A stretch of 64,000 nucleotides of DNA from positions 224,170 through 288,169 of the forward strand of contig CBFFRP010000019.1 in the NCBI GenBank assembly GCA_965644295.1, read 5' to 3'. This DNA comes from Paraphysomonas bandaiensis. Lineage: Eukaryota; Protista; Chrysophyceae. Shown here one piece after another: positions 13,175 to 24,910 of the stretch. Made by a program: the position numbers and the translations under genes. How positions within the stretch are numbered: the first letter of the stretch is position 1; each line of letters begins with the position of its first letter. Below the pieces are notes generated by a model. It was not told the origin of the DNA and did no database searches. It saw only the letters and a program-made list of their open reading frames with translations.

Positions 13175-14180
13175 GTTTTTATTTAGCAATAGGCGTTAGA
13201 AACGTGTACCAATATAGTGGTTAGTGGAATGCTAGTCATGCTAGTTAGACCTCTACCCATAACTAATCCGTACAAATTCCGTTATCCTACTATTTAACGC
13301 TACAGAAGCTGCTTGTGCGTCGCCGCAAGCACCAAGGTGCAACCACTTCCGTTCTAAATTTTGTTTGTGAGTTTCGCCCTGCTCGTGCTTCTTGACTCAC
13401 TGGCGCGTGTTGTCTGGGGGTCTTCCCTTAGGATACGGCTCCACCAGGCTCTGTGGGACAGGGTTTTGCATTAAGGTCCGAAGTGTACCGAGTACTAGAT
13501 GTGTGTTCTGTGAGGAGAGTGGAGTGGTGGAAGGTGTCGGTATTTCCTTGCATCGCTTGGGTATCAGGCATAGGTGTAGTTGCCGGAGACGGCGTCTTTG
13601 TCGAGGACCAGATGTTTTCATGCAGTCCGGTGGGCACTCAATACATTCTCGTACGTTTTCGTGATGTTTTAGGGAAGAGTACCGTAACACAAACAGTTTC
13701 GTAGCTTCGAATAGTAGGATATCAGAGTTAAGCTCTTCACAGCACACCACTTCAACAGTAACGCAGTAACTATAGACTTCTATTCGATCAAACTGGTCGA
13801 CTGACTCACACTTTCTTCCTCAACAAAGTCGGACTCGCACCTTTTCGTGGTGTTCTGGGGAATATGTACTGGATATATTTCTCCGGGAATCTAACGTGAG
13901 CCGCATACAAAATCAGCAGATATGCAGATATTGTTCTTCCCACTCATAGCCGAATGCTTGTGTGGCACGTGGTGCAAAGGACAATATAAGTGTCACTTCT
14001 TGTGTAGGTGTCTTTGGACCTTGACAAACCAATAGGCATCCGGGATGTTCACGTTAAGGACAGTGGTTGTTCCTTGGTTTTTGCGGTCACGCACGCTCAA
14101 ATAGTAGGATACCAGAGTTAAGCACTAGTTTGTTAAATTGTTTGCTACATTAGTTCTGACTGTCACACACCTATTGATAC
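13175..14180. mobile_element. Rearranged copy of dispersed retroelement-like family (3' end AACGCCTATTGCTAAATAA)
   Basis: Segments shared with 32870-33500, 42061-42150, 49755-50210, 60967-61007; family 3' ends at both sides in opposite orientation. Confidence 0.55.
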
Positions 14181-14433
14181 TAATACTTTCTGCTTTCTGA
14201 AATTATTAATACGGAACTCAATATACTCTTACTACAGCATTTTAAAGCTTGGATGATTATTTATTCTCTTGACTACCAAGCATGACATATTTACACTATC
14301 CTTGTTCCAACAGCAACAAATTCTATACAATCCACATGTGGTAAGGATTCAGAATCCTGGTAATAGTTGCACCACTAAAGTAGAACACTATAAAGGTAAC
14401 CACTCTCCTACATACTACACACACAATGATGTA

Positions 14434-15576
14434 TTATACAGGGACAGACTCCGCCCCTAACAGTTCCCTCCACATTAATTTTTGTACATCTATTGGTGTT
14501 TTGCTACCCTCCTTGGCACCCCCGTGTACTTTCATTATGTGTCGGTCTAGGGACGTTTTAAATCCAAACTGTCGCTTGCAATAAGGGATAGGGCATTCGA
14601 AACGTTTTACATCAGAATGCACTGCAGACATGTGGGCCAGCAGATTATGGCGCTACAGAACAGTATCAGAGTTAGACACAAAAATACTACTGCATATGCA
14701 TGTACCTGAGCAAACGACCGACCACAACCGTCTACAATACAGAAGAACTTCTCACCAGACGAAGAAGGTTTGTCGGAGGATATATTTGATTCCTCTTTAT
14801 CCGCCGTGTCTTCACCGTCGCCATCTTTATCAATAGACCGGCGTCTCTTACGTGATATATGGCTATCAATGACATCCGCATGGGAAAGGCTGTGTCGTCT
14901 TAAAGCCTCTAGGTTGGGAAACACTAGCGAGCAGTGTGGGATATCGCAAACGTAGTGGCGTCTACTCCGTGAGGCTGCGTAGATAAATATAAGAAAAAAG
15001 TATATACGGGGCCGTACGTACCATGTGCAAGCATATGACGGTCGAGCTTCGATTGTGATGGAAAACACTTGCCACAGTCCGCTACATACAAACTTTTAGC
15101 GGCAATGTCGCTTAACTTTCATAAAGCTGCTACCTATATCACACTTGAAGGCAACAATACCGTGTGCCTCCAATCGATGACTCCTTAACTGTGTTTTTTT
15201 GTGAAACCCCTCGCCACATACATCACACGTGCATACATATGGACGATTTTCATGTGTGGCCTTATGGCGATGAAGATGGGCGGCTGTTATAAAAGCCTGA
15301 TTACAATTCTCAAAGTCACACTTATGTTTCCGCACTCCATTATGAGAACACATATGACGCTGAAGATGATCCTTTCGCCTAAATGTTTTATCACATCCCT
15401 CAAAATCACATTGAAATGGTCGCTAGAATAATAACATTAACTAGTGATATTATTCTATCAATGTTTACCTCTCCACTGTGTATTCTCATATGTGCCTCAT
15501 AATGAGATTGACGGGTGAAATGTTTACTGCAAATATCACACTCATATTGCTTAGATGTGGGGGTGGGATTCGACAT
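14434..15576 (-). CDS. GTF3A: Multi-C2H2 zinc-finger protein, TFIIIA-like (about 8 fingers, multi-exon)
   Basis: Fingers such as YECDICSKHF..HMRIHSGE, CDFENCNQAF..HKATH, CIVDGCGRSFAQRHNLLAHMSAVH, CPIPYCKRQFGFKTSLDRH; TFIIIA-like arrangement. Confidence 0.65.
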
Positions 15577-16051
15577 CACACCACCAGTTGAAACAACAAA
15601 TATATAAAGATTACTGGTTATTGAATGATGCTGGTGTGCTGCAGTGCTGTACACTTATAGCTAATTTCTTAGAGCGATATCTATACATACATTTGTATGT
15701 ACAGCAGAAGTATATGCACTGCCCTTCCACCAGTGGACATATTTCATTGGATGGTATCGCCTATCACTCGCGATATATCGCGATAAGACCCTCTCTAAAC
15801 CGCGATATGGTGGGAGTGACATGACCAGCAGCAAGTATACGGTATACAAGAATGTATATGTGAATAATTCGATGACGATATAGCGATGAATTGAGTGCAT
15901 CATCATTATATACACTGTAATTGTATATATCTTCCAGATCAACGGTGATTGATTGAATGTGTGGACGGAGCTGGATTGCACCATCATATCTCTTCCAATT
16001 GCGTTATAATTGCTTCACAAGTGCATACTTAAGCACCTTATATCAAGTACC

Positions 16052-16968
16052 ATGGAACAGCACTTGCAGCAGTTTCACGAGATCACTCACACGGTTGAGA
16101 AAGCTCTCATTACATGGGCTCGTCCAGAGGGATGGGGCGAGTCTCCTCTAGCGAGCTGGCCTCTGACCAGCTTCGATACCGCCATTACTATTGCTCTAGG
16201 GTACTTGGCATTCGTGCTCTTCGGAAGTGTATGTATTTATGAAACATTTTTTTCTATTTAACATAACATGCAGCTCATTATGCAAGCTCTTCCCAGTGTC
16301 CCTGGACTTTATCCTCTTAAATTCATTTACAACATTGCTCAGGTCATGTTGTGTTCATACATGTGTATCGAGGCTGTAATCAGAGCTTATAGTGCCAACT
16401 ACCCGATAATTCCGGGATGCCCCTTTAACCAGACAGATCCTCCGATGGGATTCGTGCTTTACATCTTTTATCTCTCAAAAATATTAGATTTTGCCGATAC
16501 TGTTTTCATCATTCTTGAGAAGCGTTGGAAACAGCTTAGCTTTCTCCATATCTACCACCACACCAGTATCTTCCTGGTGAGTGCCGTATGCTCTTGAGTT
16601 CCTCATTTAATTTTTGTGTTTAGTTTTACTGGCTGAATGTCAATGTGGGGTATGATGGCGATGTCTATCTCACAGTTGTGTTGAACGGCCTTATTCACAC
16701 CATTATGTACACATACTACTTTGTTTCTATGCATACCAAGGATATTTGGTGGAAAGAAGCTCTCACTATGAGTCAGATGATTCAGTTCGTTCTCATGAAT
16801 TTACAAGCCGCCTACCTCCTTTATCTGCCCCAGTCACCCTTTCCTCGCAATATTATCGTGGCGTACCTCATCTACATTTTGTCTCTTTTAGTTCTCTTTG
16901 CCAACTTCTATGTCGTGTCCTACATGACCAAGGGTAAGAAGAAGAAGACAGACAAGAAGAACAAATAG
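16052..16968 (+). CDS. ELO-family very-long-chain/PUFA fatty acid elongase (introns 16229-16273, 16577-16623)
   Basis: KILDFADT, FLHIYHH, HTIMYTYY, TMSQMIQF motifs; C-terminal lysine-rich ER-retention-like tail. Confidence 0.92.
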
Positions 16969-17178
16969 AAGTTAGCATGGTCTTTACCGTATCTATTGGA
17001 CGCGTGCTTTGACCTTGACGAAGCTATTTATTAGTTTAGTTGTGTAATCTGTCATATATTTGCGGAGTGGTTAACTTGTTGTTGCGATATGTTGATGGTG
17101 TTTGAGTAACCTGATTGCGTTTACATATTCGCTGCGGCAAATTTTCTAACTAAGTGGATATATGCAGTACTTATATTA

Positions 17179-17435
17179 CAGGGATGTATTTTTCGACCTA
17201 GTCAATTTGGGGGAATTTCCTAGTCACACCAAAATTGGTGTAAAAACCTAGTCAAAAGGTTCGAAAACCTAGTCATTAAATAATTAGGGATGTATATGCG
17301 AGTACAATTCATGACTAGGTTTAATACTATAATTGGCTAGGTTGAGTCATTTATTGCTTTGACTAGGTTTTTACACCAATTTTGGAGTGACTAGGAAAGT
17401 CCACCAAATTGACTAGGTTGAATAATATATCCCTA
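17179..17435. mobile_element. MITE, hAT-like (CAGGGAT...ATCCCTA; inverted arrays of CCTAGTC/GACTAGG)
   Basis: Palindromic organisation; near-TSD TTATATTA offset by 2 nt on the right. Confidence 0.7.
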
Positions 17436-17704
17436 TATTATATTACATTTTCTATGAACACTTTAGATATACGTTGCCAAAGTGGCAGATTGGATTTCAT
17501 CTGGTATTATGATGTATTTTCATTTAGATATATGCAGTTCGTTGTTGTATTACTTCGTACTATACTTCGTGTGGTATGTGGTAGTAGTAAACATAGCATA
17601 TCTCAACCGAAATACAAACATTTTGTGTATAATCAAGAAGACCGCGATTAATATTATTATAAGTATAATGTTCAATTAATATTTGCATAATGAATAAATA
17701 ACTT

Positions 17705-17771
17705 TTGAAAATCAAAGGATGTCAGAAATACCATGGGTAGTTTAGCATGGTTTCGTCATTCTCCTTTTCAA
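17705..17771 (-). promoter_or_regulatory. SECIS element (distal, canonical)
   Basis: Minus strand AAAAGGA-GA-ATGAC-GAAACCATGCT-AAA-CTACC-CATGGTATTTC-TGAC-A-TCCTTT: ATGA-N12-AA-N18-GA with helix I and helix II pairing. Confidence 0.85.
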
Positions 17772-17797
17772 CTATAAAGTAATTGAGTCCGCGAGAG

Positions 17798-17851
17798 AAA
17801 ATTTTCAGACAACGCAATCACAACGATATTCGCGAAGTCATCATTCATTTT
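17798..17851 (-). promoter_or_regulatory. Second putative SECIS element (proximal, type II-like)
   Basis: Minus AAAAT-GA-ATGAT-GACTTCGCG-AA-TATCGTTGTGAT-TGCGTTGTC-TGAA-ATTTT; ATGA-N10-AA-N22-GA, helix II with two U-U pairs. Confidence 0.55.
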
Positions 17852-17897
17852 ACAAGTGCGACATTAATACTACTGAGTGGAGGGTGTGGTACAGAGT

Positions 17898-18295
17898 CTA
17901 CACCCTCCGCGGGCCTCAGGACTTTGGTGCCGGTTTAGGGTAGTCCGACAGACTCTTTATGTTTTTCCTCGGACGTCAGGAACCCTGGGACGCACCCGAG
18001 GATGGCTACAGACGTACGACTTATATCAACACAGCGAAAATTCAAATCATACCTGGGATGAAGCAGTAGAGTTTGGCTGACTACGATAGTACCCCACTCC
18101 TAATATAATTCCCGCCATTGCCGCAGCAGGAAATCCTCCTAAAAAGTACGCAACAGCTATAACAACAAGGATACTCCACTGCGGAACAACTTGTCCAAAT
18201 ATAACTACATCAGATGAGCTGGGTGTAGTAGAATTGGATTCATTATTCGTTGGCGCATTATCTGGAACTATGGCGCCATTAACAATCTTTACCAT
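17898..18295 (-). CDS. Small membrane selenoprotein candidate (FAM241/DUF4605- and SelK/SelS-like), 116 aa with Sec at 91 and 111; intron 18006-18052
   Basis: MVKIVNGAIVPD N-terminus, hydrophobic TM segment, spliced tail PSSGASQGS-U-RPRKNIKSLSDYPKPAPKS-U-GPRRV-TAG; SECIS downstream. Confidence 0.8.
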
Positions 18296-18959
18296 ACTTG
18301 GCTCTAACGGTATTCGTTAAATATATATGGAGACAAAGTGGAATTGATTAGCTGACCTAAGTATCCTCTTAAAGCAACTAGAAAGAATAGTTTGTGTTCT
18401 TTACGTAGTCGTCTCTTTAAGTGATACTTTAATATAAGTGACTATTATACATGAATATGTCCACATGTGAGTGTGCGTGTTATGATACTCTGTATACCGT
18501 TAGAGTACATTACAACACTAACACAGTATTAGGGGAGTCTAGAAACCAGACATTTTTCACTCAAATTCGAAATTATAGTGTAGAATATTCATAAAAATAT
18601 ATCTTTTTGTATGACGTTACAGTTTTAACATACGGGGTATGTAGTGTACATACAGTGCGGTGTAGATATGTACGTATGATATACTACATACCTGGCAGTA
18701 CTGGAGTGGGATGGGCGTATGTGAGTAGCCGTGTGGTGCATCTGTTCAACCTCCACATGATCGAATTGAATCCAACAAGTACTTCGACTTTGCCCATCCC
18801 TAGCGTCAGTGAAATCACTATCATATCAACATAATACACTATACATATAGCATACCTTAATAGATACCAACAATACACATCACGATATTGCAACTACATT
18901 CTATTAAACTTAATGTGGGCATAAATTAATTTAGTATTATTAAAATACTACACCATATA

Positions 18960-21896
18960 ATGGATCCGGAAATAGCATCAGGCATATCTGCCGATATCCC
19001 AGCATCATTACGACCAATATCTATGTTTCTTGGGGAGTCTCAGAGGGCCCTCCGGTACATATAATATATATATATATAACGTATTAATCATATGAAATAT
19101 TATATACAGTGGCTGTATAAAGTCCCCAAATATTATGACTCTTCATAGTTATAAGCGTATAGCTATCTGTGCGATTAATCATGCCTTTAAGGTATCGTTC
19201 ATAGCATTATACTGTATATGTATTAATATTTTTTAGCTCTTGGGTTTTGTTGAAACGCATATAGATGAGAGTTCCCAGGCGTGTCTGGTGCTATTCCAGA
19301 CCATACGTGACAAGTTATCATCTCAGCTCGCAGTGGAAAATGCTCGAGCTGCAAATATTCAGACTTCCAGTAAAAGAGAATTGGTTATTACGCATGCTGA
19401 AGACATTCTAATCGTAGAGGTACTGTGCATCTGCATGTGGTCTCTATTTTTATGAGTTCCTTAGGCGGACGAGATTATGGAGTTTGCAGACGAGCAGTTG
19501 CGGGAGGGGATGCGGGTGGATGCTAGTAGAAACTATCACGCAGCAAGCGTTTACTATCGTGTGCTTGAGTCTATCCTGCCTCACAGAAGTACAGAAATCA
19601 GAGATAGACTGCGGATATCAGGTGTGTCTCATGTTTTGAGTATTCGTCTCAACTAATGACTCCGGTGTTCGATAAATAGCTGCAAGAGTTCGAGAGACGA
19701 GTACGCTAGCACAGAACTTCGTTCGGGAGCACTTCTCAGGGTCATCCTGCGCCGAATACTACAATGTGCATGGGCGGAACAAACTGGGAAAGGGAAGCTA
19801 TGGGTCTGTCTACCTTGCCACACACAGGTATGTAACGGCTTTATGGATGCATTTTGTTTTACGTATGTCCCCGTAGAGTAACTGGCGATGAGAGGGCGGT
19901 GAAGGTGATGAACGTCGACCGTGTTACCTCATACTACCTCAAGTATGTTCGATTTGAAGTGTAACCATGTTCTGATGATGAGTTCAGGAAATTACATACC
20001 GAAATCGCCATTTTGCGGGAAGTTGATCATCCAAACATCATAAAGCTGCAAGATGTGTTTTTCGGTAGACGTTCAGTGTATCTTGTTACCAACCTATGCC
20101 GGTGCGCAATGTTGTCGGCATGTGCTTGATGATTTATTTACTTGTGGAATGGTATATTGCAGAGGAGGGGAACTGTATGAGATGTTGACGTCAGGAAAAA
20201 GTCAGGGCTTCGTTTTCCGTGAGGACCGCGCAGCCCGGCTGATGAAAGATATGTTGAGCAGCATCAAATATCTACACTCTATGGGTATCGTGCACAGGTA
20301 TACGAACACCTTATTTACCAGTATGTATTTCTGAACATATTTTACCTTCTCATCAGAGACCTGAAGCTGGAGAACTTCCTATTCGAAGGAGAATCCTCGA
20401 CTTCCCCATTAATATTAATTGACTTTGGACTTAGCAAACATTTTGACCAAACTGAGCGCATGCGACAGCGTGTAGGGTCATGCTACTATACAGCTCCTGA
20501 GGTGCTTAGTGGGGACTATGACCATCGCTGTGACCTCTGGTCTCTCGGGGTCATATGCTATATGTTGCTTTCAGGGTCACCCCCATTTTTTGGTATGCAC
20601 TAGGAGAGTGTGATTTAAAACTAATAAAATGTAGGAAAAACTCCTGATGACATCCATAACAGTACGCTCACAAAGGATGCTGAGTATCCGGAGCGGCGTT
20701 TCAAGTAGTACTTATACTGTCACCTGTAGTTGTGATTTGTAACCCATTGACAGACATGTATCACCTGTCGGGCTGGATTTCATGCGGCGTCTTCTAGTTA
20801 AGAACCCGGACTTTCGGTTCGTAGCCATGCGCAGCGAAGTGATTTTGTTTTGATGTGTGTGCAGTATGACAGTGGATGATGCACTGCAACATCCTTTCAT
20901 CCTAGGACAGATACCCAATATGACCCTTAACCAGACCGTAGTTACTCTTCCGTCATCAGAAAACAAGCGCATTACACTTCCTGATAACTTTCCTGTCCGT
21001 GATATCATTATGAGGTGGGTTATAGCTGATCTGAAGGCTTCCTTTCAATGTAATTTATGATTGTAGTTTGAAAACCTTTGCATCACTGCCGATGCTGACG
21101 AAACTGGTGCTGGAGTTAATCGCTTACACTTTTACATCGCATCAGGTATGATACTTCAATTGCTGACACTTGTCGTAAAGGCTTGATAGGTACAAAGCTT
21201 TCGTTCGGAATTTATTGAAATCGACCAAGATCACAGTGGTACCATTTCTCTCGATGAGCTCCTAGTGCTCGCAGAACCTTATGAGGTAGTTTGATTCACA
21301 AATACTCGGTATAGTTTGATATGTTGTTCAGTTTGCGGAACTGGAGAGTGTTTTCTATGCAATAACATCACCTCGTCGCCGCGATGGTTCTGCTACTACC
21401 GCGAGTCTTCCGCCGCCCCCCTCGCACCAGTTGACCAAGGCAACGTCTCTTGATATAACTTATAACGAATATATTGCTGCTGCAGTTTGTCAGAGGTAGC
21501 ATTAACATGATTTTGATGTGTCAAGTATAATTTCAATATCCCAGGATGTCTGTAGTACAGGACAGGGCTATTCTTGCATTTGAGCAATTAGATGTTGGTT
21601 GGTAGTTGCGATCTGGAATTCAAACTTTTCAGTCTCTATATATTCGTAGGTCGCGCTGGTATCATCACGCCAGATACTATTATGAAAGCGCTGGGTGTCG
21701 ACATTGATCGGTCTGCCTTGCTCAAGGATGTGTTATCAATTAAAGCTAATTTCCTTGACGGCACTTATCAGCACTACTGTCCTGAGGACGGCATTAACAA
21801 AGCGTAAGACCTTACCTAATATGTCCCTCTGTTTGACAGCTGTGTAGAATTTTCATGAAGGCTTGGGAAAGTGCTGAACTCAGCCAGGTAATCTGA
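18960..21896 (+). CDS. Calcium-dependent (CAMK/CDPK-type) protein kinase with N-terminal Vta1/LIP5-like MIT region; many introns
   Basis: GKGSYGSV, AVK, HRDLKLEN, DFG, APE, DLWSLGV; EF-hand DQDHSGTISLDE; N-terminal IPASLRPISMFL...ADEIMEFADEQLREG...YHAASVYYRVL; 3' end approximate. Confidence 0.85.
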
Positions 21897-22254
21897 GACT
21901 TTTTACAAAATGAAGTTGGTATAATATATTACGAACTGCAGACTTCTTCCGACAGCAATTTGAGTCGTGAAAATAGCTCGTGCTCTGGTGTTATGGATGA
22001 CAGCATTTAAGTGCGGGGCGACGGGGTGTCTACAGTATTTATAGTTCGACTGGAGGGCTGTTCGTATTCCGCAGCGGAGGTATATATGTAGGGGCGTTAT
22101 GGTGTACGTTGCGTTTTGCAAACATTTTAGTATTTCTAAGTACCTTATATTATTAACTATACAGTAAGTTAGTAGTAGAAGGTAGGTATGTTTGTCATCT
22201 TTATGGAATACAAGGTTGTTGTAATAATATTGTCGTTAGAACTACAGTTACAAG

Positions 22255-22556
22255 CAGGGAAAGGGAAAAATATATTGCAATGCTATTGTTAGATAGCATT
22301 CCATGGATTTTTTAAACCAGCCCAACAAACTATTGCAATATTTTAGTAACTTTAATCAGTAAGTAAACACATCTGTAAATTCAATTATTAGTACTTGTCA
22401 TTATAAGGTCACTTGATAATCAAACCCACTACTTCTTAATAATTGAGCCAATATCCGTGACGTCAACATCACCATATTCAGATGTCTCTTAATATCACTA
22501 TGATATATATAATATATTAAGAGAATTGCTATAAATATATGTGTAGAGGTGTAGAG
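22255..22556 (-). mobile_element. Older inverted hAT copy (host of the nested insertion; continues ~23854-23870)
   Basis: 22255-22445 is the reverse complement of the 3' end of the 22557-23845 element; 22490-22556 plus 23854-23865 match the reverse complement of its 22840-22915. Confidence 0.7.
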
Positions 22557-23845
22557 CAGGGATAGGGAACAATATATTGTATTGCAATATATTGTACAAT
22601 ATATTGCAATATATTGTAAAATATATTGATTGGTGGACTGGTCAAATATTCCATCAATAGTGTTTCTGTTAATAGAGCTCACAATACTATTGCAATATAT
22701 TGCAATCAATATTATGATAGTCATATAAGAGAAGATCCTCAACTGTATGGTGCAAAATATACGCCTCTGTATACAAATATCCGGAAAATAAGAAAAAAAG
22801 CCTATTTTTGATGTTATTTTCTATTTTTTATGTATCGCCAGCTCAAACAGCACTCTACACCTCTCCACATGTATGTACAGTACTTCTCTTAATATAGTAT
22901 ATATATCCTATAGTGACAAGAAGAGACAACTGAATGATGAGTGCATACAAGAGTAGGGACATTTACCGCTGTTTTTGGAGTCCGGTCGAAGGTGTCCCGA
23001 ACAAACACGAGTGTAAAATCTGCGGACGTAAACGACAACAGAATATTCGGAATGGATACAACAATCTAAAGGATCACACTTTCTCTCATGATGTGTGGGA
23101 GGAGACATTGAAGAGGTATTTACGGGCTGTCTGCACCAATGGTCCCATGGATGCTTTTGTTCTGCAGCCTTCAGACAAGGCGAAAACAATTTATGAGTGG
23201 GTGGAGTGGATTGTCGAGGAAAATCTTCCATTAAATTTCTGTGAGAAGAAATTAACTAGAAATAAGACTTCTTTGGGTAAGATAACTACAAAAACACTGA
23301 AAAAATTCTTCAATCAGCTCAAAAACTTAAGAAGCAAAAAGTTGAAATATCTAAGTACAGGTGCACGAGTCATGTAGTATGTACTTCCAATACGTGTGAA
23401 CGCCTGTTCAGCGCAGCAAAACTGATTATATCAGTGTTGCGCAAACGTATGCATCCTACTACACTTAATATGCTGTTGTTTCTGAAAGCTAACCGACAGT
23501 TGTGGCCGGATGCAAGCATATTTCAATCAATATTGAATGAATATGGTGATGATGATGTCACCGATGATGGCTCAGAGGATGAGTATGAGGAAACTTTTAA
23601 TTAGTTAAGAGTAGTGGGTTTGATTATCAAGTGACCTTAGACCTTATAAAATATGGCAAGTACTAAAAATGAAAACTACGGATGTGTTTACTTACTGATT
23701 AGTCATACTAATATATTGCAATATATTGTACAATATATTGCAATATATTGCAATAGTATTGTAGGGCCGGTTTAAAAAATCCATCAATACTATTGATGGA
23801 ACGCTACCTAACAATAGTATTGCAATATATTGTTCCCTATCCCTG
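22557..23845 (+). mobile_element. Internally deleted hAT DNA transposon
   Basis: TIR CAGGGATAGGGAACAATATATTG; 8-bp TSD GTGTAGAG (22549-56/23846-53); BED-finger-like ORF 22934-23377 and hATC remnant SNTCERLFSAAKL..LFLKAN. Confidence 0.92.
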
Positions 23846-23942
23846 GTGTAGAGTACTGTTTGAGCTAGTACACAAATCCGGGCTATGGAAATAAATATCT
23901 GTTTGACTTCAGCAGGCTCTGTTTTTGCGATTAGTCAACATA

Positions 23943-24449
23943 CTAGTTACAACAAGGACAATATCCATTCCAACGATGTCTATTAGGTTTGGAGAAAATT
24001 TCATCATCTGTTAATTGTCTTTTTTTGGTCGAAGTCGAAACGGGCAGACAATACATTACTTTTGGTGTCTTAACCTTAAGAGCAATAGCATCCTTTGATG
24101 ATTCGGTGCTGCTATCTAACTCACTATGTGATTCTTTGTTGCTTTCATTTGAAGAGTTTTCAACACTCTGAGTCTGATTCGTTTGTATCGCTTGATTTGT
24201 AATCACATCTATCGATTTCTTTTCATCCTCAGAGTGTTTGGTATTACTATCTGCTTCACTATGCAACTCATTGTCATTGTTTTCTTCTTTATTCGGTAAT
24301 GTTTCTTCTTTAACAGACTGTAACTCACTGGTTTGTGTTTTATATGGAGATGTACCTGTTGCCGTGTTGTTATCTACCGCACTATTGATATCAACGTTAG
24401 AGTTGTTAGCTGATAGCTTTCGTCTCTTGCTACTATTATCATCACTCAT
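23943..24449 (-). CDS. Hypothetical low-complexity protein ending in CPCC
   Basis: Open frame with S/N/E-rich body, NLS-like KRRKL, C-terminal RWNGYCPCCN. Confidence 0.45.
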   Translation of the reverse strand: MSDDNSSKRRKLSANNSNVDINSAVDNNTATGTSPYKTQTSELQSVKEETLPNKEENNDNELHSEADSNTKHSEDEKKSIDVITNQAIQTNQTQSVENSSNESNKESHSELDSSTESSKDAIALKVKTPKVMYCLPVSTSTKKRQLTDDEIFSKPNRHRWNGYCPCCN

Positions 24450-24910
24450 ATTGGAATCTAGAATATAGATGGAAGAGATAAACTGTGCTGCATTGAGTCT
24501 ATTATGGTAATAACACACCTCTCATATAATCATCCATACTCGTCCATACAGACTATAAGTACTTACATATGTAGGGTGTATCCGCTGTATACTGTGTATA
24601 CCTCAATATAAATTAATGAATCATGTCCAATGAATCTATAAAGCAGCTCCAATCATTGGCTACAAATACAACACATCTCATCATATATACAGCAGTACAC
24701 ATACAGTATACAGTGTACATGTATATAAACATGGTTCATATTTCGTATTTTCAATTTGAAATTATGGAAATAGAAAGACACAATAACGAGGAAAGAATAA
24801 GGATATATTTAAGTTAATTGCCTCAAGGATATATATGGTGGTGTTTATCGTGTAGAATGAGACTTGATTTATTACTTCATATTGATTCTTCATAAGTTAA
24901 TTATCGAAAT

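Noticed and set aside
18680-18830. GC-richer patch with short ORFs between the selenoprotein and kinase genes
   Set aside because: No recognisable motif or supported splice structure
22541-22556. Tandem TSD as excision footprint with re-insertion
   Set aside because: The doublet corresponds to native GTGGAGAGGTGTAGAG in the family's own sequence
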